Positions 35,766 to 47,023 of a stretch of DNA of 51,803 nucleotides are shown here, piece by piece. The position numbers and the translations under genes are program-made. Position 1 is the stretch's first letter; every line of letters begins with the position of its first letter. The notes below the pieces were generated by a model. That model saw nothing but the letters and a program-made list of their open reading frames with translations. It searched no databases and had not been told where the DNA came from. Source of the DNA: a virus (Duplodnaviria > Caudoviricetes); the IMG/VR virus record IMGVR_UViG_3300033485_000347, positions 1 to 51,803 of that record; one strand, written 5' to 3'.

Positions 35766-37064
35766 TTATCGCACCGTCAACACGGGCGTCCCGATGGGCG
35801 CACCAAGTTCAAACGCTCCAAGGTCGAATCCGCCGCCCTGGGGACGCGGATCCCCATCATAGTCGAGCTCCACCCCGTAACTCGTGCGCCCTCCGGAAAC
35901 GGACACGCCCTGGTCTACCGCCAGAGTCGATCCACCCGTGAGGTGGAAGTCGTGCGTGGTGCGATTGGTGAAGGCGGGATCGCCGCTGGTCAGGTTGTGG
36001 TCCGCTGTGATATCCGCTCCCGCCGATCCCCACTCCGTCGCCGCCGTGGAGCAGTTCGAGAAGATATTGTTCCGGAAGATGATGTCACCGGACAGCAACG
36101 CCGTCGTGGTGTTACAGTACGCGCCATAGGGGTTGCCGTCCACCGTGTTGTGATAGAAGTAGACGTTCTGCTTGACCCCAGGGCTGCCGCCCCAATCTCC
36201 GGGCAGCCGCAGACCAGACCGATTGTTGTCGTACACGAGGTTGTTGTAGACCCAGATGTCATGGCACAGTCCACCTTCTTCCGACTCCACGATAATGCCG
36301 TCCCGTGCCATGGTGACGCTGTTGTCGTAGAAGTAGATGTGGTGCGTCTCGTTGCTGAACGCATCTACCCCCAGCCCGTAGCGATCCGAGTTCTGGGCGT
36401 CCGCTCGCGTCAAGTCTATCGTGTTGTGATGCACGTAGACATACGACGCGCCGTCCTTGATGTTGAGTCCTTCCCCGCCCGTCGCGCCAATCGTCCGGTT
36501 CCCGGCATACAGGGTATTGTAGGAGACCTCCACGTTCGTCGAGCCATACGCAATCGAAATGATCTCATCCGATCCGGCAGGCATGTTGGAGTTGTAAATC
36601 GTGTTCCCGTAGACGACCAGATTCGTGGCGCTCCACGAGGCGATCCCGGCCCGCGCCGTGGTGTCGGTGATGCAGTTGCGAATATCGGTATTGGTCGCCG
36701 ACAGGATACAGATGCCGGTATGGCCGCTGTTGATGATCTTGAGGCCATTGATCGTCACGTTGTTCGTCCCCTTGATCCAGACGACGCCTTCCTCGTAGGG
36801 GTCCAGGTCGATGCCCGTGCCGTCCAGAATGGCGGTCCCCACCGTATCGCTCGGATAGCGGGCATAAGTCACGGTACTCGCGTAGGACTTGTAGGAGAGG
36901 TTCAGCGCCTCGTTCCACGTCCCGGAGCGGAGATAGACCGTATCCCCGGATGTCGCCGTCGCCGTCGCTTTGGCGAGCGTGAGCCAGGGTGCCCCAATCG
37001 TTCCGGCGTTCGCGTCGTTTCCCGCCGGCGAACTGGCAGCGGTGGCCACATAGTAGGTGCTCAT
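35766..37064 (-). CDS. Right-handed beta-helix protein (virion depolymerase/adhesin-like)
   Basis: TYYVAT...GNDANAGT...PWLTL...GDTVYLRSGTW cap, repeated xxYNNxxY rungs and C-terminal DPAF...DFHL...DLGAFE; ATG at 37064 overlaps the upstream stop. Confidence 0.8.
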   Translation of the reverse strand: MSTYYVATAASSPAGNDANAGTIGAPWLTLAKATATATSGDTVYLRSGTWNEALNLSYKSYASTVTYARYPSDTVGTAILDGTGIDLDPYEEGVVWIKGTNNVTINGLKIINSGHTGICILSATNTDIRNCITDTTARAGIASWSATNLVVYGNTIYNSNMPAGSDEIISIAYGSTNVEVSYNTLYAGNRTIGATGGEGLNIKDGASYVYVHHNTIDLTRADAQNSDRYGLGVDAFSNETHHIYFYDNSVTMARDGIIVESEEGGLCHDIWVYNNLVYDNNRSGLRLPGDWGGSPGVKQNVYFYHNTVDGNPYGAYCNTTTALLSGDIIFRNNIFSNCSTAATEWGSAGADITADHNLTSGDPAFTNRTTHDFHLTGGSTLAVDQGVSVSGGRTSYGVELDYDGDPRPQGGGFDLGAFELGAPIGTPVLTVR

Positions 37065-39013
37065 GCCCGCCTCCATTGCAACATCCCGTGGAGTGTGATC
37101 GGCCAGTAGATGGACACCTGCGCTTCGACCGTGCGGAGCCGAATCTGTATCCAGGGAGACCGGAGATGGAACCCGATGCCACCCCAGTCCGCCCCGGTGG
37201 TGCTGGCGCTCATGGTGATGGATGCGATGGTGGAGTAGGACGCGGCGGTGAACTCCCGTGGGTGGTGCGCGGTGCGGGCTTCCACGATGAGCGTCCCGCT
37301 GGACTGCGTCTCGAAGTTCAGCACCAGCTTCCGCCAGGAGACCACGGGATGCGGGCGGCCTGCCGAGATCCACGGGAGCGTGACAAACCGCGTGATGGCC
37401 GTCCCGTCCCAGCTCGTCCCAGTGTTCTGCTCTAGCACCCTCCCCGTGTAGTCCGGGGTCAGGAGATACTCCACATCACTTTCGATGACCGTTTCGGCCA
37501 AGGACACCGACCGGCCCACGATTGGCAGGAACGCCTGCTGTGTGGCATTGTAGGCGATCCCGCTGGTGTTCGTGGTGCCCCCGGATGGCGTCCACCACCA
37601 GTAGAGTTGGTTGGCGTCATGGAGCCGCCCGCCCACCACATACTCCAGCCGCGTGGATTCGATGTCCGCCAGGGTGGGGTCCACGATCTCGCTCGTTTTC
37701 ATGGTCCCGATGCCGGCGAAGGCGTGGAGGTTGTTCCGCCAGTGCATCCACACGCGCCCTGCCGCCATGACCATGCTGCGGTGGGACGTGCAGCCGTGTT
37801 CAGAGGTCACTTCCTGCCGGGTCATGTCATAGTCCGGATATAGGAGGTTCCGAAACTGCACATGCAACGAGTGGACGCTGCTGTCGGTGGTGATAAGCAT
37901 ATAGTCCGCGTACTCGTGCATCCCCGTCACGACGCTGCCACCAGACGTCGGGATGACCACCACGGAGGTGTCGATGCTGTCGAACTGGTCCACCGCCCCG
38001 GTGGCCGAGTAGTAGACGTCCATCCCGGACGACCCCAAGAGCATGCCTTTGAACTCCCGGACAATCTGACAGGCGGGCATGACGTTCGCATAGATGGTGT
38101 AACAGTCATCGAACGAGGCGTTGATCGTCGCGCCCGTCGAGTCGAGGGTAAACGTCAGCTTCGCCAGGGAGGCCCAGGAGGGGGACCCCACGGACCCGAA
38201 TGCCGACCGGAGGGCGTGGACATGGTTCCACCCTGCCGACAGAGATCCCCAGGAACTCCCGAGGAGCTGATAATAGTTGGTGTCGGCCACGTCCCCTAGC
38301 CGGATATTGCATGCCGTGAGGTCCAGGCCCGTCACCGTGTCGAAGTAGACCCAAAAGTCGAGATAGTCCGTGTCGGCGAAGTCGGGTGCCGCGAAGAGTC
38401 CCGACGTCAGATCCCAGGCGGTGGCCGGCGTGAGGGACATCCCAACAGGAGAGCCGGTGGTCGTGAGCTTGAGCGACCGGACCCCCTGTTTCACATTGGT
38501 CGAGTCAACAGCACCCCCCACCCATGTTTCAGTGGACTCCATGTCGCAAATGACTTTGGCCCCTACTGGAATGCAGCGGGTTCCGTCATACTTCAGGTTG
38601 CCGTCGGTGCCGTTCCCCATGACCAGATATTCGTCGATCTGGGTATGGCTCCACCAGGACGCCGCGCCGGTTGTGAGGCCCCGGCGAATGCTCGCCCAGG
38701 TCGCTCCCCCATCCGCAGACTTGTAGACGTGGCCATTCTGACACGCCATGAGGTAGACGGCGGTGCCGGTCGGAGGGCGATACCGGGCCAACATCTGGGG
38801 GGCGGCACTATCTGGAGCCAAGAACCCGGCGATGTGGAGGGTGCTCCCAGGCATCCCGGACGGATAGCCGCCCTGCGTGGTGATGTTCTGGAGGCCCGGC
38901 ACATGATCCGGGGAGGTCTCCGTGGACTCGGACTGGCTATCCAGTCCCTTGTTGAGGTCCTTGATCGTGACGGTCAGTGACCGATCTTCTGCAACCTGGA
39001 CGTCAATGGGCAT
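37061..39013 (-). CDS. Tail nozzle/tube protein (T7 gp12 / P22 gp10-like)
   Basis: 650 aa, beta-propeller-like with HGCTSHRSM and a terminal WIQIRLRT strand; follows the adaptor. Confidence 0.7.
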   Translation of the reverse strand: MPIDVQVAEDRSLTVTIKDLNKGLDSQSESTETSPDHVPGLQNITTQGGYPSGMPGSTLHIAGFLAPDSAAPQMLARYRPPTGTAVYLMACQNGHVYKSADGGATWASIRRGLTTGAASWWSHTQIDEYLVMGNGTDGNLKYDGTRCIPVGAKVICDMESTETWVGGAVDSTNVKQGVRSLKLTTTGSPVGMSLTPATAWDLTSGLFAAPDFADTDYLDFWVYFDTVTGLDLTACNIRLGDVADTNYYQLLGSSWGSLSAGWNHVHALRSAFGSVGSPSWASLAKLTFTLDSTGATINASFDDCYTIYANVMPACQIVREFKGMLLGSSGMDVYYSATGAVDQFDSIDTSVVVIPTSGGSVVTGMHEYADYMLITTDSSVHSLHVQFRNLLYPDYDMTRQEVTSEHGCTSHRSMVMAAGRVWMHWRNNLHAFAGIGTMKTSEIVDPTLADIESTRLEYVVGGRLHDANQLYWWWTPSGGTTNTSGIAYNATQQAFLPIVGRSVSLAETVIESDVEYLLTPDYTGRVLEQNTGTSWDGTAITRFVTLPWISAGRPHPVVSWRKLVLNFETQSSGTLIVEARTAHHPREFTAASYSTIASITMSASTTGADWGGIGFHLRSPWIQIRLRTVEAQVSIYWPITLHGMLQWRRA

Positions 39014-39016
39014 GGC

Positions 39017-40009
39017 TTACCCCGCCACGTGGTCGATGACGATTCTCGGCGTATCCAACTGCCGTTCGGTGACGTCGGAGATCATCCGCTCCGATTCCTT
39101 GGCCGCCAACTTGGCATAGGCGTCGCTGGTCTTGTTCTCTGCCTTCCCCTTGATCCGTGCCACCAGGGCGTCCACGATCTGTGCGTGGTGTTCCGGGGGC
39201 AGTTGCGGAACCGTGGCCAGCGAGTAGCCCACACCGGGAGCACTCGCCTTGAGCCATGCCCCGGTCAGGGTCAACGCGCTGTCGCTGTCGATAGTCTGGA
39301 CCGCCGGGTAGATGGCCGAAGGGTCCACCCACGTCCCGCCCGTCGTCTGGGAGACCACCTTGGGAGCGGTGGCGTCGGCGCTAACGATCAACTCCATCGT
39401 GTTCCGGGCTTCGTTGATGACCCACTCGGTTGAGCCACCCGACACGGTGGCCGCCCCCTGGGTGAGCGACACGGTCCCCGTGCTATAGATTTGCAGTGGG
39501 GCAGAGCGGCTGATATAGGAGATCTCGATATCCACCGTAGTCGTTGGCGGATAGGCCAGGATGAGGGTGTTGTCGCCCACGATGTCATACAGCAACTCGC
39601 CGTCGATGGTGCTCCCCCCGGTGGCATACGCCTGCCCGTCCTTGAACTCCTGCCCGGACATGTCCACTTCCCGGAAGGTGATGATGTCCTCGTAGCCGGA
39701 GGTGATGCACCGGATCGACTTGAGCGTGAGCAAGTCCGGGGGCAACGAGATCCGGTCGCTGGTGGTGCTCAATTGCAGGACGGAGGGGTCGTAGGTCACG
39801 CCGCACCACCGGTAGGCCGTGTCGTTCGACTGCACCACGATCATCCCGTAGTCTTCTTTGGCCTTGTGTAAGGCGGCCTCCGCCGCCCAGGCCGCATCCG
39901 TGGCCCACGCCAACAACTCGGGCAGGCGGAACAGCGGGTCCGTGGTGTCGTCTTGGTTGACAGCATCGGCCTGAAAGAGTGCCAGCCGAATGATCTGGGC
40001 AGCATTCAT
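39017..40009 (-). CDS. Head-tail adaptor protein
   Basis: MNAAQIIRLAL...ISLPPDLL...LAYPP...PQLPPEHHAQIVDAL pattern with a central insertion. Confidence 0.7.
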   Translation of the reverse strand: MNAAQIIRLALFQADAVNQDDTTDPLFRLPELLAWATDAAWAAEAALHKAKEDYGMIVVQSNDTAYRWCGVTYDPSVLQLSTTSDRISLPPDLLTLKSIRCITSGYEDIITFREVDMSGQEFKDGQAYATGGSTIDGELLYDIVGDNTLILAYPPTTTVDIEISYISRSAPLQIYSTGTVSLTQGAATVSGGSTEWVINEARNTMELIVSADATAPKVVSQTTGGTWVDPSAIYPAVQTIDSDSALTLTGAWLKASAPGVGYSLATVPQLPPEHHAQIVDALVARIKGKAENKTSDAYAKLAAKESERMISDVTERQLDTPRIVIDHVAG

Positions 40010-40022
40010 GGACGGTCTCCCC

Positions 40023-40484
40023 TCACCCGTTGATGCTCATGCCCCCCTCGGGGGCGGTATGGGCCGCACTCTCCGGGAGCGTCCGGATGGCGTTTCGATA
40101 CCGATACCGCTCCCGCGCATGGTGGCGCACGTAGTAGCGGAACTCATCCTTGTTCTTGGCGATGGCCGCAAAATACTTCCGGTCGATCTCGTCGGCGATG
40201 GCGTCCGCGCCCCCCTGCCTCCGTATGTCGGTTTTCCAGAGGGTGTAGAAGACGCGCTTGTCCAGCGCCTCCCGGTCCACCTCGAACAGGATGATCTTGC
40301 GGGCCCCTGCCGACACATGGTCCTCGATGTCCACATGGCCCTGTCCGCCCCGGAGCGTGCTCTGCTCGGGCACTGTGCGCTCGATCAGCCAGCAGGACCG
40401 GTGATCGGACCAGCGGCAATCCAGGGCGCTGTCATACTCCTGCAACCGTCGGAGAAAGTCTCGGGGAACATCTAACGCTGGCAT
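40023..40484 (-). CDS. Hypothetical protein
   Basis: 153 aa, RBS AAGGAG, in the structural operon. Confidence 0.65.
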   Translation of the reverse strand: MPALDVPRDFLRRLQEYDSALDCRWSDHRSCWLIERTVPEQSTLRGGQGHVDIEDHVSAGARKIILFEVDREALDKRVFYTLWKTDIRRQGGADAIADEIDRKYFAAIAKNKDEFRYYVRHHARERYRYRNAIRTLPESAAHTAPEGGMSING

Positions 40485-40493
40485 GTGCGCTCC

Positions 40494-43400
40494 TTAGTGA
40501 GCCCGCTTGAATCTGTTGCGAATCCGGCCAATCCACAGGGCGAACGGGTGGTACTCGGCTTCCTCGGCCTCTGCCGTCGCCGACGGGGTTGCGGATGGTG
40601 TAGCAGACACCGTGGCGCTCGGCGATGGGGAGGGAGAGTGGCCTTCCGTGTAGAGGGCGACGGCGAAGGCGTGCTTCGCGGTGACGGCGGTGGATGCGAT
40701 GATGTTGATGTCGCCCGTGTCGCCGGAACTGCTCCACTCGCAGTGGCCGAAGGTGTGCGAGAACCCCGACAGGGCCGTCCCTTCGTCGTAATCCTCCAGC
40801 CAGTCGTTGTCCAACTCAGTCGGCTTGGTGAACGTCACCGGGGAGGTGTAGGCGACCGACCCGGCGTATATGATGGAGGCGTAGGCATTCGGGACGTTGA
40901 ACGTGGCCGCCCGGACCATCGTGTTGTCGCTCGTGTAGGACGTGTTAGAGACCGCACAGATGGGATGCGATAGGTCAAACCCGCTGCGGTATGCCGCCAC
41001 GGTTATCTTGGTGGCTGATGACGCCGCCCATTGCCAGGTGTAGGTGGCCGATTCGCTGCTGGCCAACCGCCAGTAGAGCCACCACCCGTAGGCGCCGGCG
41101 TTCTTGCCCAGGAGCGTCCACCCTGGAGACTCCACACTCGGGTCCGTCGTGTCGCCCCGGGTGATGAGGGTGAACAGCCCGTCGTTGTCCACCACCCCGG
41201 CGGGGCGATTGACCGTGGCCGAGGCGCTGTTGTCGCTGTTGTAGGTCGCCGCACGGACGAAGAAGGTCTCGGTGCCGATGGAGGGGGTGGCCGAGGGAGT
41301 GGCACTCGGGCTTGGGGTCGATGACGGAGTCGCAGACGGCGTAGAACTTGGGCTCGGCGTAGCCGACGGCGTCCCAGATGGCGTTGCACTCGGGCTGGGG
41401 GTCGCGCTTGGCGTGCCAGAGGGCGTCGCGCTCGTCGTGGCAGACACGGTTGCTGATGGCGACTCAGTGGCCGAGGGAGTCGCTGAGACGGTGGCAGATG
41501 GTGTCGCAGAGACCGTTCCGCTTGGCGTCCTTGACGGGGTGGCCGAGACCGTGGCGCTGGGCGTCCGAGAGACGGTCGCGCTGGGGGTCGCCGAAGGCGT
41601 CGCGCTTGGGGTTAGGCTTGGCGTGCTGGACCGAGTGGACGAGGGGGTTGCAGACGGAGTAGCCGATGGGCTCTCCGTCGCAGAAGGAGTCGCGGAGGGT
41701 GTGGCTGAAGCGGTAGCCGACGGCGTCCGCGATGGGGTTGCCGAAGGCGTGGCAGATGGGGTAGCAGACGGACTCTGGGTCGCACTCGGGGTAGCCGATG
41801 GAGTTGCTGAAGGCGTCGCCGAGGGCGTAGCGGAAGGTGTTCCTGAAGGTGTGGCCGAGGGGGTCGCACTCACCGTGGCGGAAGGGGTCGCCGACGGCGT
41901 CCCTGACGGAGTCGCAGAGGGAGTCGCCGACGGTGTGGCCGATGGACTCTCTGTCGCCGACGGGGTGGCCGATACCGTGGCACTTGGGGTCGCGCTAGGC
42001 GTTACACTCCAGGTGACAGAGGGAGTCGCGCTCGGAGTCGCGCTGGGAGTTGCGCTCGGACTCTCGGTCGCCGACGGAGTGGCCGAGGGTGTGGAGGATG
42101 GACTTAGGGTTGCACTCGGTGTGGCCGAAGGCGTTGCGGACGGTGTTGCCGACGGAGTAGCCGATGGAGTTGCGCTTGGTGTCGCGGATGCCGTAGCCGA
42201 CGGGGTAGCCGACGGGGTTGCCGAAGGAGTCGCACTCGGGGTTGCCGATGGGCTTTGGGTTGCCGACGGAGTGGCTGATGGAGTCTCCGAGGGTGTCGCG
42301 GATATGGTTGCAGACGGAGTCGCCGAGGGAGTCGCGCTTGGCGTCGCAGAAGCAGTCCGCGAAGGGGTAGACGAAGGCGTCGCCGAAGGGGTAGCCGAAG
42401 GAGTCGCGCTTGGCGTCCCGGAAGGTGTCGCGCTGGGGGTAGCGCTCGGGGTAGCCGACGGGCTTTGCGTAGCCGACGGCGTGGCGGACGGAGTCGCCGA
42501 TGGGGTCGCGCTCGCCGTCCTGGATGGCGTCGCTGAAGGGGTCGCAGACACCGTGGCGCTGGGGGTCGCAGAGGGCGTGTGGGACGGCGTGGACACGGTG
42601 GTGTAGGAGAACCACACCTCGTTCGAGTAGTCCCCTTCCACCGTGCCGTTGAGCGGGATGATGACGGCGTAGTATTCTCCGTCACCTCCGATGAAGTCGA
42701 CGATGTTGATGGTGCGAGTGTCCGCATCCCCGAAGTCATATTGGTTCGGGTAGACCCCGCTGACGGTGCCCCACCGCACACGCCACCCGTCCTGCCCAGA
42801 CCCGTCCCACGTCCAGTCCAGCGCCGTGGCGTTGATGTGCATGCTCGGCGTGGCCGAGGGCGTCGCGGAGGGAGTGGCGGATGGGGACTGTGTAGCCGAG
42901 GGGGTCGCGCTTGGGGTGGATGACGGCGTCTGAGACGGGGTCGCGCTTGGCGTCGCTGACGGGCTTTGGGTGGCCGATGGCGTCGCGCTTGGAGTCGCGG
43001 ACGGCGTGCGGCTTGGGGTCGCAGATGGAGTAGCGGAGACCGTCGCGCTTGGCGTGGCCGATGGAGTGGCAGAGACCGTTGCTGAGGGCGTGGCGGATGC
43101 GGTTGCCGAGGGCGTGGCGGATGCGGTAGCACTCGGAGTCGCGCTTGGCGTTCCTGACGGCGTCGCAGATGGAGACTCAGTGGCAGACGGGGTAGCACTC
43201 GGCGTGGCGGATGGCGTAGCCGATGGGGTCACGCTTCTCGTCAACGATGGAGTTGCGGAGGGCGTGGCGCTCGGAGTCGCGGATGGAGATAGCGTCGCCG
43301 ACGGGGTCGCACTGGGCGTCGCGCTCGGCGTGGCCGACGGAGAGGGGTATCCGGACTCGTAGGCCCCCATGTCCGGGTTGCCGATGATGGCGTTGCCCAA

Positions 43401-46400
43401 GTAGTCCGTCGTCAGGCCGACATCTACGCCAGCGTTGCGGCAGGGAGACAACGCCCCCAGGTGGAAGTCGGCTGGGGCGTTGACGAAGAGGGGGTCGGAA
43501 TTGAGGTCGGTGCCAACACCGGTCAGCGCGTTCCAGGTGGCGAGGACGTTCCCCCCCGTGGCATTCCAGAAGTACCAGTTGGTGGCAGCGGAGTACCAAC
43601 AGTTGTTGGTGATATCTAAGGCATTGTCGTAGGTGGTTGAGTCTAAATAGATGGCATAGGTATTTGCGACAGTAGCGACAGCAATGTTATTTTTAATCGT
43701 GGCTGTGGTGAGATTGTTCGAGGACATCAGAAGGATTTCTGATTTATTGTCCATCCCTCCGAGAGCATTATTCCCATAGGTCACGTTGTTATAGAGAATC
43801 GTCCCCGCCGCATCATAGGCGTAAATGCCTGCGCCTTGATTTCCTCGGGAGATGTTGTAATAAACAGAGTTATTCGCACACCACTGATCAATGGCGATTC
43901 CGGTTCCGTCGTTTCCTCCCCCCATCTGCCCGTAGACGAGGTTGTACCGCACGATGTTGTTGTCGCCGGAATTTTCCCCGTTCTCCGAGTAGAACTTGAT
44001 CCCCCCCCACCCACCAGACCCCGAGGTGCCGTTGTTATAGACCGTGTTGTTTTCGACGATCCAGTAATTGGCGCGGATATGGATGCCGTCGTTCAGGTTG
44101 TTGTAGACTGTGTTGCCGGTGATGTACGTTTCATGTCCGGATGTTGACCCGCTGTCAATATACGAGGAGATCCCGTTACGGAGCTGGGAGTAAATGGTAC
44201 AATTCTCGACGCGGTTATCTCCGGAGTTCCCATAGGAGAACATGATCCCGAAACCGCCGCCGTATCGGATGGTGGAATTTTGCAGGATAAAATTATTGAC
44301 GAGATTGTTTTCCGTCTGAACGACGCCCTTGTTGGTATTGTTCCCACCTTCCAGCACCAACCCATCGACCGTTACATAGTCTGTTTCAATAACCAACACG
44401 CTCGCCCGATAACTGGCCTCAATTCCTGGGTCTGTAAATGCGCTATCGGGGTCCGATGCAGAGTAGACGTACAACAGGTTCGACGCCCAGAACCATTCGT
44501 TCGCAGCGTTGATGGCCGCCAAGGACCCGGCATTCGTCCCAAGTGTTCCATTGAACAAGACCTGGAGAGGTTCAGTGGTCAGTGCGGCCTGCCAAACGGT
44601 TTCACTCGTAGTAACCTTGTAGACCTTGAAATAGAGGTCGCCTGCGTAGGCATTTCCCCATGCCGGAGTGACTTCGGTATACCTCTGGCAAATGCCACCA
44701 GCATATGATCCGGTTCCGCCATTCGCGGTAATCGTATAATAGTTGGTCGCATCAACCGCTCCGCTTCGGTCGAGGACAATGTGGTATTGGGTCGATCCTG
44801 TTAGGGAAGGTGGCGTGGCGAAGGTGAACGTATATTCCGCCATCGAGGTGGTCAGCGTCCCTCCAGCAACATCACCGCTTGTTCCGTTTGTGACCACGGT
44901 GCCTGGGACGCCAGCGGAATCGTTATAGATATAGACCGTCAAGTTGTCGGTGGGACTCGACGCTTTTTTTAATTTGAGAACGATCGAAGAGACCGATACG
45001 TTTCCGCTAGGAGTATATCCCTGCGCCCACATCGTCTGGGTATTGACGTTCCCAAGATTTAGCGCAGGAAAGTCTTGTCCGGTTTGGCTCGCGTCGAGTT
45101 CCGTGGTAGAGATTGCGCTAAAGGTTGTAATTAAGTTAAACGCAGAGAGTTTTGGATCGTCCCCCGTCCCATACGCCCCGAACGTGATCGCGCCTTCTAC
45201 GCTTCCGCTGGATGGGGGGGTGAGTTGCTCGCGCCAGGTACAGCCACGCTTGAAGAGGATGGAGTCGCCAGCGGAGAACGAGGACGCATTGACTTTGGCC
45301 ACCGTCTTCCAGGCCGTGAGTTCGCTCAGGCCATCCCCAGTATCGTCGGCGGCTGCCGTATCCACGTAGTAGGTCTCGCCGACTGCCGGGGTGGCGGACG
45401 GAGTGGCAGACGGGGTTGCGGACGGAGTGGCACTGGGGCTTTGCGTCGCAGATGGGGTGGAGCTGGGCGTTGCGGACGGGGTGGCAGATACGGTCGCTGA
45501 AGGCGTCGCCGACGGAGTACGGCTTGGGGTAGCCGAAGGTGTAGCAGAGGGCGTTGCGGAGACGGTCGCAGACGGGGTAGCCGATACGGTGGCTGATGGC
45601 GTCGCACTGGGCGTGTTACTGGCCGAGATGAACGCCAACCCCGGAACAGCCAGCGTATTGGCGATCCACTCGTGCGGCGTGGCATCGCTCGTCAGGCTGA
45701 AGACTCCTGGGTCTTCCGTCTGCGCGGAGGCGAACAGGAACGCCACCTGCGTCATACAGGTGGTGCCGGACGCCGCCGACTCCACTTCCGCTACTTGCGT
45801 GTACCCCGTGGGCCACCACGTCGCGTTGCCCCCGGCATCCTGGTCCGCACCCGCCGTGGCAATGAACATCCAGTCGGTGTCGGTTCCGGTGTTCAGGCTA
45901 GGTGGATCAGGCTGCCAGGTGCTTCCGGTGGCCGACGTGCCTGCCAAGACATCCGCAATGCTGTGGCATCCGTGGTTGATGATGCGGGTGGAGACGACCG
46001 CGTAGTCCTGCGCCGCGCCGGTGAGGACCGCTGCATCATCCCCCGTGGCGATCTTACCGAAGACGGCATGCTTGATGACGTTGCCCGCATAGGCGGTCTG
46101 GAAGATCGTCGTGTACCCGGACATCGCCATGTCGGTGGTGCCCGGCGTGTCTTGGGTACAGAAGTGTAGGATGAGGTCGCCGACGGCGATCCCCGCCGGC
46201 ATGTTCAGCGAGACACCGGACCCAAGGGTGATGCCTGCGGTGGTATTCTGCGCGTAGACAAACGGGTAGGCGGCTTCCGGGCTGGGGGTAGCCGAAGGCG
46301 TGGCCGATGGGGTTCCGCTGGCAGTCGCAGACGGGGTCGCCGAGGGTGTCGCGCTCGGCGTCGCCGAGGGCGTGGCGGATGGAGTAGCCGAGGGCGTGTT

Positions 46401-47021
46401 GGAGGCGGTGTTGTCGGCGAGTTCTCCAAAGGAGAAGTCGTCCATCGCCACAAGGACATCATCGGTTTCGACCGCGTAGTATCCGGCGGCAGTGATCGGG
46501 GACGAACTATCCGTGATGTTCCCGCCAAGTTGCGCCCACGCTCCTCCGGAGTATAGGTAGGCTTTGAGTGTCGTGGTGGACGTTCCGGAGGCGGACAGCC
46601 CTAACTTGTTCCCGTCCACGATGGTCAGGTTCGTCCAGGAGACGAGATCCGCCGGGGTGCCGTTGACCACCTTGATCACGCAGTATTGGTAGTTGGATCC
46701 GAGAATCCGTAACCCAATCGCGTACCCGTCGTAGGTGGTCAGGGTGGGGTCGGACACGCGGAGATAGAGATACATCTGCCGCGTGTTGGTGTCCATGAGG
46801 TCGTTGAACGTAATGTGGACCTCACAGGTCGCCGACGTCGCGGGCGTGGTCCAGTACGCCGCCGCCCAGGTGCCCGACGTCTCGGAAGAAAACAGCGTTG
46901 ATCCCCACGCCTGGAGTGCCCCTTCCGAGAACGCCGTCGCCCATCCGCTGGCAATCGGATCTTCCGGGTCAGGATCTCGACCAAACCCGTCTACCAGGAC
47001 CGCATAGTCTGGAAAGGCCAT
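40494..47021 (-). CDS. Giant (2175 aa) multidomain mucin-like virion protein
   Basis: Five (TPSA)n blocks separating beta-rich domains, including a beta-helix and an FN3-like domain; no signal peptide; RBS GAGGT. Confidence 0.85.
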   Translation of the reverse strand: MAFPDYAVLVDGFGRDPDPEDPIASGWATAFSEGALQAWGSTLFSSETSGTWAAAYWTTPATSATCEVHITFNDLMDTNTRQMYLYLRVSDPTLTTYDGYAIGLRILGSNYQYCVIKVVNGTPADLVSWTNLTIVDGNKLGLSASGTSTTTLKAYLYSGGAWAQLGGNITDSSSPITAAGYYAVETDDVLVAMDDFSFGELADNTASNTPSATPSATPSATPSATPSATPSATASGTPSATPSATPSPEAAYPFVYAQNTTAGITLGSGVSLNMPAGIAVGDLILHFCTQDTPGTTDMAMSGYTTIFQTAYAGNVIKHAVFGKIATGDDAAVLTGAAQDYAVVSTRIINHGCHSIADVLAGTSATGSTWQPDPPSLNTGTDTDWMFIATAGADQDAGGNATWWPTGYTQVAEVESAASGTTCMTQVAFLFASAQTEDPGVFSLTSDATPHEWIANTLAVPGLAFISASNTPSATPSATVSATPSATVSATPSATPSATPSRTPSATPSATVSATPSATPSSTPSATQSPSATPSATPSATPSATPAVGETYYVDTAAADDTGDGLSELTAWKTVAKVNASSFSAGDSILFKRGCTWREQLTPPSSGSVEGAITFGAYGTGDDPKLSAFNLITTFSAISTTELDASQTGQDFPALNLGNVNTQTMWAQGYTPSGNVSVSSIVLKLKKASSPTDNLTVYIYNDSAGVPGTVVTNGTSGDVAGGTLTTSMAEYTFTFATPPSLTGSTQYHIVLDRSGAVDATNYYTITANGGTGSYAGGICQRYTEVTPAWGNAYAGDLYFKVYKVTTSETVWQAALTTEPLQVLFNGTLGTNAGSLAAINAANEWFWASNLLYVYSASDPDSAFTDPGIEASYRASVLVIETDYVTVDGLVLEGGNNTNKGVVQTENNLVNNFILQNSTIRYGGGFGIMFSYGNSGDNRVENCTIYSQLRNGISSYIDSGSTSGHETYITGNTVYNNLNDGIHIRANYWIVENNTVYNNGTSGSGGWGGIKFYSENGENSGDNNIVRYNLVYGQMGGGNDGTGIAIDQWCANNSVYYNISRGNQGAGIYAYDAAGTILYNNVTYGNNALGGMDNKSEILLMSSNNLTTATIKNNIAVATVANTYAIYLDSTTYDNALDITNNCWYSAATNWYFWNATGGNVLATWNALTGVGTDLNSDPLFVNAPADFHLGALSPCRNAGVDVGLTTDYLGNAIIGNPDMGAYESGYPSPSATPSATPSATPSATLSPSATPSATPSATPSLTRSVTPSATPSATPSATPSATESPSATPSGTPSATPSATASATPSATASATPSATVSATPSATPSATVSATPSATPSRTPSATPSATPSATQSPSATPSATPSQTPSSTPSATPSATQSPSATPSATPSATPSMHINATALDWTWDGSGQDGWRVRWGTVSGVYPNQYDFGDADTRTINIVDFIGGDGEYYAVIIPLNGTVEGDYSNEVWFSYTTVSTPSHTPSATPSATVSATPSATPSRTASATPSATPSATPSATQSPSATPSATPSATPSGTPSATPSATPSATPSSTPSRTASATPSATPSATPSATISATPSETPSATPSATQSPSATPSATPSATPSATPSATASATPSATPSATPSATPSATPSATPSATLSPSSTPSATPSATESPSATPSATPSATPSVTWSVTPSATPSATVSATPSATESPSATPSATPSATPSGTPSATPSATVSATPSATPSGTPSATPSATPSATPSATPSATQSPSATPSATPSATPSRTPSATASATPSATPSATESPSATPSATPSSTRSSTPSLTPSATPSATPSATVSRTPSATVSATPSRTPSGTVSATPSATVSATPSATESPSATVSATTSATPSGTPSATPSPSATPSGTPSATPSPSSTPSATPSSTPSPSATPSATPSIGTETFFVRAATYNSDNSASATVNRPAGVVDNDGLFTLITRGDTTDPSVESPGWTLLGKNAGAYGWWLYWRLASSESATYTWQWAASSATKITVAAYRSGFDLSHPICAVSNTSYTSDNTMVRAATFNVPNAYASIIYAGSVAYTSPVTFTKPTELDNDWLEDYDEGTALSGFSHTFGHCEWSSSGDTGDINIIASTAVTAKHAFAVALYTEGHSPSPSPSATVSATPSATPSATAEAEEAEYHPFALWIGRIRNRFKRAH
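41280..42600 (-). repeat. Longest (TPSA)n block, about 110 tetrapeptide units with codon-degenerate 12-nt periodicity
   Basis: From translation. Other blocks lie at about 40575-40640, 42843-43348, 45385-45620 and 46278-46400. Confidence 0.9.
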
Positions 47022-47023
47022 AG

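Noticed and set aside
41272-42606. + strand ([12 protein letters not shown])n ORFs, also at 42970 and 45391
   Set aside because: Antisense shadows of the TPSA repeats with no RBS or independent support.
41280-46400. Diversity-generating retroelement or CRISPR-like repeat
   Set aside because: No reverse transcriptase and no adenine-specific TR/VR pair was seen; the periodicity is protein-coding.
40494-47021. Tape measure protein or host surface protein
   Set aside because: Not helical like a tape measure, and it has no signal peptide, TM segment or sortase motif.
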